A stretch of 64,000 nt of DNA from an uncultured delta proteobacterium (GTDB taxonomy: Bacteria; Myxococcota_A; Polyangia; Polyangiales; JAFGIB01). Location of the stretch: contig CAVZVA010000002.1 of the NCBI GenBank assembly GCA_963778655.1, positions 160,001 to 224,000 on the forward strand, in the 5' to 3' direction. Shown here one piece after another: positions 28,874 to 39,819 of the stretch. Position 1 is the stretch's first letter. Every line of letters starts with the position of its first letter. The notes beneath the pieces are model-generated. The model was not told the origin of the DNA. It made no database searches and saw only the letters and a list, made by a program, of their open reading frames with translations. The translations under genes and the position numbers were made by a program.

Positions 28874-29191
28874 ATGACACCCGGAGAAATCCTGCCCGCC
28901 GCGGGCGAGCTCGAGCTCAACGTCGGCCGCGAGCGCAAGTCGCTCACGGTCGCCAACAAGGGCGACCGCCCGATTCAGGTCGGCTCCCACTACCACTTCT
29001 ATGAGACCAACGATGCGCTCTCGTTCGACCGCCAGGCCGCGTACGGCTTCAGGCTCGACATCGCGGCGGGCACCGCGATCCGCTTCGAGCCGGGCCAGGA
29101 GCGCACGGTGGAGCTGGTGGCGCTGGCCGGCGAGCGCCGCGTGTTCGGCTTCAACGCCAAGGTGATGGGCGCACTGGAGAAAGAGTCATGA
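28874..29191 (+). CDS. ureB: Urease subunit beta
   Basis: [28 protein letters not shown]. Confidence 0.98.
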   Translation: MTPGEILPAAGELELNVGRERKSLTVANKGDRPIQVGSHYHFYETNDALSFDRQAAYGFRLDIAAGTAIRFEPGQERTVELVALAGERRVFGFNAKVMGALEKES

Positions 29192-29336
29192 GACTGCCGC
29201 AATCGAGCCCAGGCACAGGAACCGCTCGGCAGACGCCGGAGGACTACGGGCGGGGGTGGGCGGGGGGACTATATCCGCAGCGCAGGGAGTGGACCGCGCG
29301 GAGCGCGGGACGGGGACCCACCAGCGAGGACAAGCC

Positions 29337-31040
<1,704 letters not shown>

Positions 31041-31045
31041 GCGCC

Positions 31046-31582
31046 ATGCCCCCGCGCGAGACCCGCACGCTCGAAGAGGACGCCCCGGCCGGCAGCGCGT
31101 ACGACGGCACGCTCACGCTGCCGTTCGAGCTGCGGCGCAAGAGCCGGCTGCGCGCGCGGCTCGACGGCGGACAGGAGGTAGCGCTGCGCTTGCCGCGCGG
31201 GCGCGTGCTGCGCGACGGCGACCGGCTGCGCGCGGCCGATGGCTTCGTGGTTCGGGTGCGCGCCGCGGACGAGGCGCTCTCGACCGCCAGCGCCGCCGAC
31301 GCCACCGCGCTGGCCCGCGGCGCCTACCATCTGGGCAATCGCCACGTGCCGGTGCAGGTGGGCCAGGGCGTGCTGCGCTACCAGCACGACCACGTGCTGG
31401 ACGCGATGCTGCGGGCGCTCGGGTTGGTGGTGAGCAGCGAGCAAGGGCCGTTCGAGCCGGAGGGCGGGGCGTACGGGGGGCACGGGCATGCGGGCGGGGG
31501 GCACGGCCACGGGCACGAACAGGGGCAGGGGCAGGGGCAGGGGCAGGGGCAGGGGCAGGGGCAGGGGCAGGGGCAGGGGTAA
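31046..31582 (+). CDS. ureE: Urease accessory protein UreE (Ni chaperone)
   Basis: RRKSRLR, LRDGD, AYHLGNRH, PFEPEGGAY, short His tail then (QG)10. Confidence 0.95.
   Translation: MPPRETRTLEEDAPAGSAYDGTLTLPFELRRKSRLRARLDGGQEVALRLPRGRVLRDGDRLRAADGFVVRVRAADEALSTASAADATALARGAYHLGNRHVPVQVGQGVLRYQHDHVLDAMLRALGLVVSSEQGPFEPEGGAYGGHGHAGGGHGHGHEQGQGQGQGQGQGQGQGQGQG
31520..31579 (+). repeat. (CAGGGG)10 microsatellite at the 3' end of ureE
   Basis: Ten perfect hexamer copies immediately before the TAA stop. Confidence 0.95.
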
Positions 31583-31591
31583 GAGCGTGAA

Positions 31592-31671
31592 ACAGGAAGG
31601 TGGGAAGAGTTGAGGGTCGAGCGCCTTCCGGATCGTCTCGCAGAACAACAGCCTCCTTCCCGAGCTCCTGT
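31592..31671. repeat. Intergenic octamer (ACGGGAAG-type) palindromic repeat, family A copy 1
   Basis: ACAGGAAG-GTGGGAAG ... CTTCCCGA-GCTCCTGT imperfect inverted arms. Confidence 0.6.
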
Positions 31672-31719
31672 GAAACCGAAGATCGCTCGCAGCCCGGGAC
31701 GATGGAGAGCGCCAGGGGT

Positions 31720-32391
31720 ATGAGCATGCAAGCACGACTGGGGTTGTTGAGGCTCGTGAGCCCGGCGTTGCCGGTGGGGGGGTTTTCGTATTCGCGTGGG
31801 TTGGAGGGGGCGGTGGCGGCCGGCTGGGTGCACGACGAGCGCAGCGCGGGCGACTTCGTGATCGACGTGCTGGAGCGGTCGCTGTGCCCGCTCGATGGCG
31901 CGGTGCTGTGCCGCTTGCTGCAGGCCTTCCGAGACGACGAGCGGGACGCGGTGCTGCACTGGACGCGGCTGCTGACCGCTTTTCGCGAGAGCCGCGAGCT
32001 GCTGCTCGAGGACCAGCAGATGGGACTGGCGCTGCGGCGCCTGCTCTCGGGGCTGGAGCCCGAGGGCGCGCGGCCGCTGCCAGAGGGCCTGCCACCCAGC
32101 TACACCTGCATGTTCGCGCTGGCCGCGACGCGCTGGGGCGTCGCCCCCGAGGACGCGCTCAGCGGCTTCTTCTACGCCTGCTGCGACAGCATGGTGAGCG
32201 CGGCCCTGCGGCTGCTTCCACTCGGGCAGAGCGCCGGCCAGCGCGTGCTCGAACGCGCGCTGCCCGCGATCGAGCGCTGCGCGAAGCACAGCGCCACGCT
32301 GCGGGACGACGACATCGGCAACCTCTGCCCAGGGCTCGCGCTCGCGAGCGCCACGCACGAAACCCAGTACTCTCGGCTCTTTCGCTCGTGA
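31720..32391 (+). CDS. ureF: Urease accessory protein UreF
   Basis: SPALPVGGFSYSRGLE, RESREL, RLLPLGQSAGQ, HETQYSRLFRS; other ATGs at 31702 and 31726. Confidence 0.96.
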   Translation: MSMQARLGLLRLVSPALPVGGFSYSRGLEGAVAAGWVHDERSAGDFVIDVLERSLCPLDGAVLCRLLQAFRDDERDAVLHWTRLLTAFRESRELLLEDQQMGLALRRLLSGLEPEGARPLPEGLPPSYTCMFALAATRWGVAPEDALSGFFYACCDSMVSAALRLLPLGQSAGQRVLERALPAIERCAKHSATLRDDDIGNLCPGLALASATHETQYSRLFRS

Positions 32392-32407
32392 GGCAGCTCT
32401 GTTCACC

Positions 32408-32486
32408 GGGGAGGACACGCGCCCTCCCCGCCCAGCCGGCAAAGCCGTCAGGGTCCCACTCCTCCGCGAGGGTCGCTTCGCTCCCG
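32408..32486. repeat. Intergenic REP-like repeat, family B copy 1
   Basis: GGGGAGGACACGCGCCCTCCCC hairpin, CGGCAAAGCC, GCGAGGGTCGCTTCG; same blocks at 60833-60912. Confidence 0.65.
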
Positions 32487-32531
32487 ATCGCTCTTGTTGC
32501 CGGCTCTGCCGTCAGGCCGTAAACGGTCACC

Positions 32532-33155
<624 letters not shown>

Positions 33156-33185
33156 CGCGCATCCCGGGACCGCCGCGAAGAACCA

Positions 33186-33209
33186 ACAGGAAGGCGGGAA
33201 GGCGGAAAG
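33186..33209. repeat. Family A octamer repeat, copy 2 (half element)
   Basis: ACAGGAAG-GCGGGAAG-GCGGAAAG between convergent genes. Confidence 0.55.
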
Positions 33210-33228
33210 AGCGACCGGCCTCGGCCGC

Positions 33229-33843
33229 TCAGGCCGGCCAGCTCGGTGCTATCCCGGCCTGCGCCTGCAGCTCGGCGGCGACCGCCTGCACGGCGGATGC
33301 GCCGCCTTGCACGGCTGCGCTGGCGCGGTCCACCTCAGCCGGCGTGAGCATCGAGAGCTGGCGGCCCTGGCCGTCGTGCACCTCGACCGCGCCGTGGGCG
33401 TCGAGGCGCACGCGCGTCAGCGGCCGCATCTTCGCGTCGAGCACGATCATCTCCCGCGCGCTCACCCGCCGCACGTACAGCACCCGTACCAGCTTGCCGT
33501 TGTGCCGGTGCTCGTGCCGGATGAGGTTGGGATCTGCGGTACGGGTGCTGGTCAGCGTGTTGCCGTCCCCGAGGTCCGCGTGACCCTCGCCGATCGGGTT
33601 CTTGCCGGAGAAGAACTCGATGGTGTTGAGCACCAGCACGTCGGCCAGCACGAACAAGCTGTACACGGGCAGAATGGCCAGAGCCAGGAACACCAGCCAG
33701 CGCAGCCACTTGCTGTCGCTGACCTCGCTATTCCACTTGTAGAGCGAGTGGGTGGCGCCGAACGAGCCGAAGCAGCCGGAGCCGAGCAGCGCGAGGGCGG
33801 CAACCAGCGACGCGCGTCGGGTGATCGCATTGGACCGATGCAT
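33229..33843 (-). CDS. DUF3332-like lipoprotein
   Basis: GSGC lipobox, CFGSFGAT..LYKWN, PVY..LADVLVLNTIEFFSGKNPI. Confidence 0.8.
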   Translation of the reverse strand: MHRSNAITRRASLVAALALLGSGCFGSFGATHSLYKWNSEVSDSKWLRWLVFLALAILPVYSLFVLADVLVLNTIEFFSGKNPIGEGHADLGDGNTLTSTRTADPNLIRHEHRHNGKLVRVLYVRRVSAREMIVLDAKMRPLTRVRLDAHGAVEVHDGQGRQLSMLTPAEVDRASAAVQGGASAVQAVAAELQAQAGIAPSWPA

Positions 33844-34120
33844 GACAGTGGGTTCCTTTCCGGACCAGGGTGGTGAGGGACGGCAGTGTGTTACCAGGGC
33901 GGCATTGTGCCCCAGATAAGGCGCGGCAGGGGGACGCGACCGGCCGACGAGCCGAAATCCGGCGGAAACGGCACCCGCGTGCAAGCCGCGCCGAGCCGCA
34001 TTAAGCTAGGAGCGCAGTGCAGGTGGATTCCTTCGCCCGGGTTGGCGCCGGCCGGCCACTGTAGGGCAGAACATCCGGTCCCGCGCGGCCGCGCCGCACC
34101 CCGCAAGAATCTGCGACCCT

Positions 34121-35206
34121 ATGAGCCCAGCACCGACCTCCAAGCCCTCGGTCGCCCCCATCGCGGGAGAGCGCCGCCTCTCCATCCGCCTGATGTGGCC
34201 CTTCGTGCGCGTCGCGGGCGGCAACCGGGAGGAGATGGCGATCCTCGAGCGCGAGGGCGTGGGCCTGGCCGAATTCGCCGACCCCGACACGCGCGTACGG
34301 CACCGCGTGGCGATGGAGTTGCTCGGCCACGCCATACGCAGGACCGGTGATCGCGCGCTCGGCCTGCGCGCCGCCGAGACCCTCGAGCCCGGCGATCTGG
34401 ACGTGCTGGAGCACGTCACCAGCACCTGCTCGACCCTACGTGAGGCGATCGAGTGCTGGGCACGCTACGTGCGCTTGATGAACGAAGCAGCCACCATCAC
34501 CCTCGAGGAGGGCGACGAGCTCGCGCAAGTGTGCTGGCGCATCTCCGACGGCGTGCCCCAGCTCCCCGCGGCCAACGACTTCGTGGCCGCCAGCGCGCTC
34601 AGCTTGTGGCGGCGCCACACCGGCGTCGAGGTGCTGGCGGAGGAGATCCACTTCGAGCACGCGCGGCCTACCGACACCGCTGCCTATGCGCGCGTGTTGC
34701 GCGTTCCAGTGCGCTTCGGCATGCCGCAGGGGGCCACCGTGATTCGGAGGGCCTGGCTCGATCTGCCGCTGGTGCGCGCCGACCGTGGGCTGCACACCGC
34801 GTTCGAGCTGCACGCACGCGCGCTGCTCGAGCGCCTGCGCACCAGCGACAGCGTCACCGCCCGCGCGCGGGAGCTGGTGATCTCGCAACTGTCGTGCGGC
34901 GATAGCAGTATGGGGACCGTGGCGCGCAAGATGGCGATGAGCGTGGCCACACTGCGGCGCAGGCTCGACGAGGAGGGCACGAGCCACCGCGAGATCCTCG
35001 ATCGGGCCCGCCACCAGCTGGCGTTGCGCTACCTGCGAGACCGGCGCCTGGCTACGAGCGAGGTCGCCTTTCTGCTCGGGTTCTCCCACGTCACCGCGCT
35101 GCACAAGGCATTCAAGCGCTGGACCGGCGGGGTGACGCCGGCCGCGTTTCGCGACGGCGGCGACGGTGGCCCCGGCAGTGCAGGCGAGCGCAAGCAGTCG
35201 GCCTGA
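34121..35206 (+). CDS. AraC family transcriptional regulator
   Basis: C-terminal MSVATLRRRL..EVAFLLGFS..KAFKRWTG double HTH; N-terminal ligand-binding domain. Confidence 0.93.
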   Translation: MSPAPTSKPSVAPIAGERRLSIRLMWPFVRVAGGNREEMAILEREGVGLAEFADPDTRVRHRVAMELLGHAIRRTGDRALGLRAAETLEPGDLDVLEHVTSTCSTLREAIECWARYVRLMNEAATITLEEGDELAQVCWRISDGVPQLPAANDFVAASALSLWRRHTGVEVLAEEIHFEHARPTDTAAYARVLRVPVRFGMPQGATVIRRAWLDLPLVRADRGLHTAFELHARALLERLRTSDSVTARARELVISQLSCGDSSMGTVARKMAMSVATLRRRLDEEGTSHREILDRARHQLALRYLRDRRLATSEVAFLLGFSHVTALHKAFKRWTGGVTPAAFRDGGDGGPGSAGERKQSA

Positions 35207-35581
35207 CGCGCGGCTCGAGCGCGTGCGCCGGGCTGAGCTCACGCCGGGCTGCGCGGACCGTGACGCAGCTTGTGCTATCCGCTTCGCTCAAGGCTCGACC
35301 GCCTTGAAGGCGCGCCCTTGTGCGGTCTTTGCGGGTTGTTTCTCGAGCCGGCACGGTCCGTCGCCGCTGATCTGAGCCCCGCAGACAACGATCTGAGCGA
35401 AGCGGCTGGCGCGGTTTGCAAGCGTGCCCGCCACACTGCGGAGCACATGGTGGGCTGGATTGTGGTGGCACCTTCGATACGGCGTTCGCTGCGGGGTGGT
35501 GGATCGGGCGGCACGGCAATGCGCCGGCCCCGGCCGCTGCAGACAGTGGGCGACGCCAGGGCGTCCATCCGATCAGCCGGC

Positions 35582-35797
35582 GAGTCGAATCACTCCAGCG
35601 CTCATTGCATGAACCCGAGGTGCCGGTCGAATGGCCGCGCTCCGATACTCACCAACCCAGACCCAGGAAGCCGAAGCGGCGGAATAGCCACCCCTATCCT
35701 CGCGCTTCGGGGAGACCGCATGGGCTCCCGCGGCCGGGCGATCGGTGCCGACGGTTCGTGCAATGAGCCCTGGACCCTTCGGGTGATTCGCCGACTC
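35582..35797 (+). ncRNA. Candidate structured ncRNA (216-nt irregular rod with central bubble, 6S-like architecture)
   Basis: Nested stems 35582-93/35783-97, 35594-615/35753-74, 35619-29/35739-49, 35632-39/35729-36, 35671-78/35703-10; G-U pairs only on + strand. Confidence 0.55.
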
Positions 35798-36085
35798 CAA
35801 ATCAGAGCTCGCACTTCGGGATCGAATCGCAAACTCTGATTTCTCCTTTGATTGTCAGGCGGTCACGCCGACTCCCTGTGCACGTGGCAAAGCCTCACGC
35901 ATTCACCCTCTTGCGGTGGTGCGGCATCCGCCGCACCGCTACATGGCCGATCGGCATGGCCGTTCCCGAATCGTGATCGGTCATTTAGCGGACGACGTGC
36001 CGAGGAGCCCAACGCCCGGGGGACGACCGGCGGCCTCGGCGAGCCAGATAGACGGCTGCGCGCGCGTGAGGCTATCTTAGGCTGC

Positions 36086-37555
36086 GTGGAGCAGCCCAAG
36101 CCGAAGATCCTCATCGTCACCGACGACGAGGCGCTGCGCGCCGCGCTGGTGCACCAGCTCGTCGGCCACGGCTACGCGCTCGAATCGGTGTCGGACGGCG
36201 AGGCCGCCCTCTCGTTCATGGAGTCGTCCGGCCCACACGCGGTGGTGGTGGGGCTCGAGCTCTCCGGCATGGGCTCGCTCGAGCTGATCGAGCGGGCGCG
36301 CGCGCTCGCGGGGGGCCAGACCGCATTCATCGCGATCTCGCGCTCCGAGTCGCCGGCCGCAATCGTGGAGGCCCTGCGGCGCGGCGCCGACCAGTGCCTG
36401 CAGTGGCCCGAGCACCGGGGGGCGCTATCCCTGGTGGTGCAACGCGCGATGGAGAAGCCGGCGCTCGCGCGCGAGGTGGAGCGCGCCCGCGACGGCATCC
36501 TGGACGGACTTTCGGTCGGCAGGGTGGAGAGCATCGTCGGCTCTCACCCCTCGATGCAGCGGCTGCTGAGCAAGGTCAGCCAGGCCGCACAGAGCCGCGC
36601 CACGGTGCTGATCCACGGCGAGACCGGCACCGGCAAGGAGTTGATCGCGGCGGCGGTGCACGCGCACTCCAAGCGCGGGCACGGTCCGTTCGTGAAGCTC
36701 AACTGCGCGGCGCTGGCGGACACCGTGCTCGAGTCCGAGCTGTTCGGACATGAGAAGGGCTCGTTCACCGGCGCGACCACGCGGCGCAAGGGTCGCTTCG
36801 AGCAGGCCGACGGCGGGACCTTGTTCCTGGACGAGGTCAGCGAGATCAGCCCGGGCGTGCAGATCAAGCTGCTGCGCTTTCTGCAGGAGCGCGAGTTCGA
36901 GCGCGTGGGCGGTAACGACACCATCCGCGTGGATGTGCGCATCGTGGCGGCCACCAACAAGGATCTGGCCCAGCTGGTCGAGGACGGCCGCTTTCGCGAG
37001 GACCTGTACTACCGCCTCAACGTGGTGCGCCTGGACGTGCCGCCGCTGCGCATGCGGCCGAGCGACATCCCCATGCTCGCCGAGCACTTCCTGCGCCACT
37101 ACGCCGAGGAGAACGAGAAGCCGCTCCGCGGCCTCACGCAGCGCGCCACCGAGGCGCTGCTCTCGCACCCCTGGCCGGGCAACGTGCGCGAGCTGCAAAA
37201 CGCGATCGAGCAGGCGGTAGTGCTGTGCGAGGACGACATGGTCGACGCCCAGGACCTGCCGATCGCCAAGAGCGGCAGCGAGGTCGACCCGCTACGACTG
37301 ATGATCCCAGGGGTGACGCTGGCGGAGCTCGAGCGCTTCGCGATCCTGCGCACGCTCGAAACCTGCGGCAACTCGCCGACCAAGGCCGCGGCCGTGTTGG
37401 GCATCAGCCGGCGCACGATCCAGTATCGGCTGCAGGAGTGGGGCCTGAGCCGGGCGCCCCGCGGGGGCAAAGCGGACAAGGACGACGAGGCCGGCTCGGA
37501 GCCCGCCGGGCGCGAGCCGCCGCACGCGCTGCAGACCTCCAGCGGACGCCGGTGA
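36086..37555 (+). CDS. Sigma-54-dependent transcriptional activator (NtrC family) with degenerate receiver domain
   Basis: GETGTGKE, ESELFGHEKGSFTGA, LFLDE, FREDLYYRLNV, WPGNVREL, Fis-type HTH. Confidence 0.93.
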   Translation: MEQPKPKILIVTDDEALRAALVHQLVGHGYALESVSDGEAALSFMESSGPHAVVVGLELSGMGSLELIERARALAGGQTAFIAISRSESPAAIVEALRRGADQCLQWPEHRGALSLVVQRAMEKPALAREVERARDGILDGLSVGRVESIVGSHPSMQRLLSKVSQAAQSRATVLIHGETGTGKELIAAAVHAHSKRGHGPFVKLNCAALADTVLESELFGHEKGSFTGATTRRKGRFEQADGGTLFLDEVSEISPGVQIKLLRFLQEREFERVGGNDTIRVDVRIVAATNKDLAQLVEDGRFREDLYYRLNVVRLDVPPLRMRPSDIPMLAEHFLRHYAEENEKPLRGLTQRATEALLSHPWPGNVRELQNAIEQAVVLCEDDMVDAQDLPIAKSGSEVDPLRLMIPGVTLAELERFAILRTLETCGNSPTKAAAVLGISRRTIQYRLQEWGLSRAPRGGKADKDDEAGSEPAGREPPHALQTSSGRR

Positions 37556-37754
37556 GCTCGCCTGCTCGCGGGGGGCTGAGCGCGTTGCAGGCGCCGCGGG
37601 CCACGAGGTCGGAGCGCCGCCTCGGCGAAGCCCGCGCCGGTAGTCGGATCTGACGTGTTTCCCGCGGATTGTGAGGTAGGCTCTCGCCGTGCGGAAGCGC
37701 CCCGCTCCCGCCCAGAAGCGTTCAGGAGCGGCAGCAGGGTCGGGTCGAAGGCGC

Positions 37755-38756
37755 GTGAGCACTGACACAGCCGAGATCGTGCTGAGCGTGGAGGGTCTGG
37801 TCACGTCCTTCGTGACCGGCCAAGGCGTGATCCGGCCGGTCGACCACGTCAGCTTCGAGCTCCGGCGCGGGCACACGCTGGCGATCGTGGGTGAATCGGG
37901 CTGCGGCAAGAGCGTGACCGCGCTGTCGATCATGCGGCTGGTGCCGGAGGGCACCGGCCGCATCGAGCACGGGCGGATCGTGTTCGAGGGCCGCGACGTG
38001 ATGGCCCTGGGCAAGCGCGAGCTGCGCTCGTTCCGCGGCAACCGCGCCGCGATGATCTTCCAGGAGCCGATGACCGCGCTCAACCCGGTGCTGACCGTGG
38101 GAAAGCAGGTGGCCGAGGCCTTCCGGCTGCACCAGAACGCCTCGCGCGCCCAAGCGCGCGCGCGAGCGGTCGCGATGCTGGAGAAGGTGCGCATCGCCGA
38201 CGCGGCCTCGCGCGCGCGCAACTACCCGCACCAACTCTCGGGCGGGATGCGCCAGCGGGTCATGATCGCGATGGCGCTGGCCTGCAATCCAGCGCTGCTA
38301 ATCGCCGACGAGCCGACTACGGCACTCGACGTGACGATTCAGGCACAGATGTTGCACTTGATGCAGACTCTGCAGCGCGAGCTGGGCACCGCGGTGCTGT
38401 TCATCACCCACGATCTCGGCGTGGTGGCGGAGATCGCCGACGACGTCGCGGTGATGTACGCCGGCAGGATCGTGGAGCAGAGCGACGTCTTCGGGCTGTT
38501 CGAACGGCCCCTGCACCCCTACACCATCGGCCTGCTCGCCGCGCGGCCCAAGCTCGAAGGCGACCGCACCGCGCCGCTCGACACGGTGCAGGGCATGGTG
38601 CCGGCGCTGACTGAGCTGCCCAGCGGCTGCCGCTTCGAGCCGCGCTGCCCGCGGGCCGAGGCGATCTGCAAGCAGGCCGACCCGGAGCTGCTGCAGATCG
38701 GGCTGGGCGCTCGCAAGGTGGCCTGCCACGTGGTGCAGCGGGAGCTGCGCGCATGA
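37755..38756 (+). CDS. oppD: Oligopeptide/dipeptide ABC transporter ATP-binding protein (OppD/DppD-like)
   Basis: [45 protein letters not shown]. Confidence 0.92.
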   Translation: MSTDTAEIVLSVEGLVTSFVTGQGVIRPVDHVSFELRRGHTLAIVGESGCGKSVTALSIMRLVPEGTGRIEHGRIVFEGRDVMALGKRELRSFRGNRAAMIFQEPMTALNPVLTVGKQVAEAFRLHQNASRAQARARAVAMLEKVRIADAASRARNYPHQLSGGMRQRVMIAMALACNPALLIADEPTTALDVTIQAQMLHLMQTLQRELGTAVLFITHDLGVVAEIADDVAVMYAGRIVEQSDVFGLFERPLHPYTIGLLAARPKLEGDRTAPLDTVQGMVPALTELPSGCRFEPRCPRAEAICKQADPELLQIGLGARKVACHVVQRELRA

Positions 38757-39787
38757 GCCCCGCCGAGCCGGAGACCGAGCCCATTCTCGAGGTGCAGGAC
38801 ATCACCAAGGGCTTTCCGATCCGCGGCGGGGTGCTGCAGCGCGAGGTCGGGCGCGTGCTGGCCGTCGACTCGGTCAGCTTCAGCCTGCAGCGCGGACAGA
38901 CACTGGGCCTGGTGGGCGAGTCCGGTTGCGGCAAGTCCACGCTGGGCCGGGTGCTGGTGCGGCTGTACGAGCCGGACCGCGGCCGAATCACGCTGGCGGG
39001 ACGCGACTTCCTCGCGCTCAGCGCCGACGAGCTCAAGCGCGCCCGCGCCGGCATTCAGCTGGTGTTCCAGGACCCGTACGCTTCGCTCAACCCGCGCATG
39101 TCGATCGGGCGCATCCTGGAAGAGCCGTTCGTGCTGCACCGCATCGGCGACCGGGCCGAGCGGCGCCAGAAGGTGCTGCAGCTGCTGGAGCAGGTCGGGC
39201 TGCGCCCGGACATGGCCCAGCGCTACCCTCACGAGCTCTCGGGCGGGCAGCGCCAGCGCATCGGCATCGCGCGCGCGATCGCGCTCGAGCCGGAGGTGGT
39301 GATCTGCGACGAGCCGGTCTCCGCGCTCGACGTCTCGATCCAGTCCCAGGTGCTCAACCTGCTGCGCGAGCTGCAGCGGCGCCTGCACCTGACCTACGTG
39401 TTCATCTCGCACGACCTGGCCGTGGTACGCTACGTCTCGGATCGGGTCGCGGTGATGTACCTGGGCAAGCTGGTGGAGGTCGCCGGCACCGACGAGCTCT
39501 ATCGCGCGCCGCGCCATCCCTACACCCAGGCGCTGCTCGAGTCGGTACCGCAGCCCGACCCGCGCCGGCGCGGGCGCGATGCGCCGGTGCAGGGCGACGT
39601 GCCGAGCCCGCGCAACCCGCCCAGCGGCTGCACCTTCCACACCCGCTGCAAGTACGCCGTCGACCGGTGCAAGCGCGAGGTGCCGCAGCTGATTCCGCTC
39701 TCGACCAAGCCCGAGCATCGGGTGGCCTGCCACCTGGTCCACTCGGGCGCGTTGCCGCCGCCGGCCGGCGCGGAGGAGGCATCGTGA
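38753..39787 (+). CDS. oppF: Oligopeptide/dipeptide ABC transporter ATP-binding protein (OppF/DppF-like)
   Basis: [44 protein letters not shown]. Confidence 0.92.
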   Translation: MSPAEPETEPILEVQDITKGFPIRGGVLQREVGRVLAVDSVSFSLQRGQTLGLVGESGCGKSTLGRVLVRLYEPDRGRITLAGRDFLALSADELKRARAGIQLVFQDPYASLNPRMSIGRILEEPFVLHRIGDRAERRQKVLQLLEQVGLRPDMAQRYPHELSGGQRQRIGIARAIALEPEVVICDEPVSALDVSIQSQVLNLLRELQRRLHLTYVFISHDLAVVRYVSDRVAVMYLGKLVEVAGTDELYRAPRHPYTQALLESVPQPDPRRRGRDAPVQGDVPSPRNPPSGCTFHTRCKYAVDRCKREVPQLIPLSTKPEHRVACHLVHSGALPPPAGAEEAS

Positions 39788-39819
39788 GGCGAGCCGCGGC
39801 AAGGATTCGGACGCGAGCG

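Noticed and set aside
35505..35525. Possible sigma-54 promoter CGGCACGGCAATGC
   Set aside because: GG-to-GC spacing is 9 nt, not the required 10
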